Below, in pieces: positions 62,109-64,000 of a DNA stretch of 64,000 nt; position 1 is the first letter of the stretch, and every line of letters starts with the position of its first letter. Source of the stretch: an uncultured delta proteobacterium (GTDB lineage: Bacteria > Desulfobacterota > Binatia > Binatales > Binataceae); NCBI GenBank assembly GCA_963808235.1, contig CAWEEQ010000004.1:2016001-2080000 (forward strand), read 5' to 3'. The notes beneath the pieces were generated by a model. That model worked only from the letters and a program-made list of their open reading frames with translations. It did no database searches and was not told where the DNA came from. A program made the position numbers and the translations under genes.

Positions 62109-64000
62109 TAGGTAACCGCATCCTTGCTCAGCATATCGGTGAGCATCGAATTAACTTGCTCCTCCGAAAGCTCGTCGATTTTGGCCAACAAATCCTCGTC
62201 GACAGCACTGCCTTCGCGCGTGCGGGCCACCGGACCAATGGCTGACGGGTGGTCGGCCTCCGCGGTCAGCTGTTCAAAGAGCTGCGTCGCCGCTTGCGCA
62301 ACGCTGAAGCCCTGAAGAAATTTCACCATCGGCACGTTGACGCCCAAATCCGCCGAGATGCGATTTTTCAGCTCGACCGCCATCAACGAATCCAGTCCCA
62401 GGTTGGTCAGGGGTTGCTGTATATCAACTTGCGAGGGCGACAGCCCAAGCACCCGAGCGACTTGTTCGCTTATGTAGGACAGCAGCAACTGAGCCCGCTC
62501 CGCCGGAGCCGCGTCGAGGATCGCGGCGCGTTTTTTTCCCGGAGGAGCTTTCTCCGACGGGCCAGCGGCATCTTCACTAGTAAGGTCAGCGAGCAGCACT
62601 GGCTCGGTACCGGCCGGATAGAACTCGTGGTACTGACGCCAGTTCACTGGAAGCGCGACGACCTGAGTCGCAGTTTCGCGCATCAGGCGGTCCATCACTT
62701 CAAGCGCTCGCATCGGAGGTATGCTCCTGATTCCCAGCAGCGCCAGGCGCCGGGTCAGGCTCCTGCCACCTTCAGTTTCCGCAAATCCCAGCTCGGCCCA
62801 TGCTCCCCAGTTGATGCTTAAGCCTGGAAGGCCTTGGGCCCTTCGATGATGCGCGAGAGCGTCGAGAAAAGCGTTCGCGGCCGCATAATTGCCCTGACCG
62901 GGCTGTCCAATCAGCGAACCCGCGGAAGAGAAGACTACGAAAAAATCCAACGGAGCGTCTCGAAGCAGACGATGAAGGAGCCAGCCGCCAACCATCTTCG
63001 GGCGCAGAACCGTACGCATCGCGGCGGCATCGAGTTGTTGCAATAATCCGTCGTGCAGCACTCCCGCCGCATGAACGACGCCACGAATGGGCGGCCAACC
63101 CTCAGCGCGAAACTTCTCGACAAAAGCACTCATCTGGTTTTCGTCGGCAACATCTGCGGACACCAAATGTACGTCGGCGCCGGATTCTTCGAGTTCCCGA
63201 ATGGCGGCAACTTGTCGAGCTAAGTGACTTCCCGTCTCGAGCGAGCTCCAACTCGAGCGTGGCGGAAGCGTTGTGCGTCCCAGCAGGATCAGGCGGCGAG
63301 CGCCTTGACCTACCATCCAGCGCGCCACCTTCAGGCCGAGGTCTCCAAGACCTCCGGTTATCAGGTAGCTGCCATCGGGGCGCCATCGCAACGGTGTTTC
63401 GGGTACGCTCGATTGACTGCTTCGAGCGAGTCGCGCAACCAGCCGCTGGCCGCTGCGGAATGCGAGCTGATTTTCACCGTCGGGAAGGGAGATTTCCTCC
63501 CACAACTGATGAGCTTCGCTGTTGCCGAGAGAGGTCTCGGGTTCCAGGTCTACCAGCCCTCCCCAAAATGCAGGATGCTCCTGAGCGATAACTCGACCCA
63601 ATCCCCAGAGAGGTGCTTGAACCACGTCGACGGGTAGAGAATCGTCGCCAGCTGACTGAGTTCCGCGAGTGACCAACCATAGGCGAGGTGGCTGGGGCCA
63701 TTGCACGCGCGCCATCTCCTGCATCAATTGTAAAACATTGATGCAGCCGACAGCCTGGGCCGCTTCCATAGAGGCTGCTATGGCATCTTCGGGAAGAGAG
63801 GCATGGAGACTCCACAGATGCACGACTCCACGGCATGCCGGTTGATCCGAATCCATCGCGCTCTCGAAAAGCCGTCTGATGTCTTCCGGATGGTCATGGC
63901 GAATACGAACGTGTCTGCTGTCGATGCGCTCGTATGCGTTGCCGCGCGAGACCAGGATGCCCCTTTCTCCTTGCGCCTCCAGGGTTTGCAGCAACGATTT
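62108..64000 (-). CDS. Type I PKS, C-terminal KR-ACP portion (5' end outside window)
   Basis: LITGGLGDLG, VVHAAGVLHD, GQGNYAAAN, LGLDSLMAVEL; stop overlaps the NRPS GTG start. Confidence 0.95.
   Translation of the reverse strand, partial: KSLLQTLEAQGERGILVSRGNAYERIDSRHVRIRHDHPEDIRRLFESAMDSDQPACRGVVHLWSLHASLPEDAIAASMEAAQAVGCINVLQLMQEMARVQWPQPPRLWLVTRGTQSAGDDSLPVDVVQAPLWGLGRVIAQEHPAFWGGLVDLEPETSLGNSEAHQLWEEISLPDGENQLAFRSGQRLVARLARSSQSSVPETPLRWRPDGSYLITGGLGDLGLKVARWMVGQGARRLILLGRTTLPPRSSWSSLETGSHLARQVAAIRELEESGADVHLVSADVADENQMSAFVEKFRAEGWPPIRGVVHAAGVLHDGLLQQLDAAAMRTVLRPKMVGGWLLHRLLRDAPLDFFVVFSSAGSLIGQPGQGNYAAANAFLDALAHHRRAQGLPGLSINWGAWAELGFAETEGGRSLTRRLALLGIRSIPPMRALEVMDRLMRETATQVVALPVNWRQYHEFYPAGTEPVLLADLTSEDAAGPSEKAPPGKKRAAILDAAPAERAQLLLSYISEQVARVLGLSPSQVDIQQPLTNLGLDSLMAVELKNRISADLGVNVPMVKFLQGFSVAQAATQLFEQLTAEADHPSAIGPVARTREGSAVDEDLLAKIDELSEEQVNSMLTDMLSKDAVT

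Overview
GC-rich bacterial chromosome segment. Gene content and style suggest a deltaproteobacteria-like lineage such as Ca. Binatota; this is inference only. Bases 1-42.5 kb are mostly housekeeping and metabolic genes: acyP, ligA, catalase-like peroxidase, PduO, accBC-aroQ, rsmI, purU, an 11-subunit complex I operon (nuoABCDHIJKLMN, no nuoEFG), ArnT-like transferase, hydrolases and an ABC transporter. Several REP-like palindrome families sit in the intergenic gaps. tRNA-Ser(GCT) at 43105-43196 is followed by a probable serine-recombinase scar. After it comes a visibly AT-richer island that runs off the window end. The island carries a hybrid PKS-NRPS (KR-ACP, then C-A-T-C-A-T-TE), MbtH, type II thioesterase, PPTase, two different ferritin-like diiron enzymes, a flippase-like membrane protein and a LolA/LolCDE-like export set. 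It is the best candidate for an undescribed system, possibly making a membrane-destined acyl-dipeptide lipid. Two island genes appear to need non-canonical start codons (CTG, ATT). All calls come from reading motifs; no searches were run.
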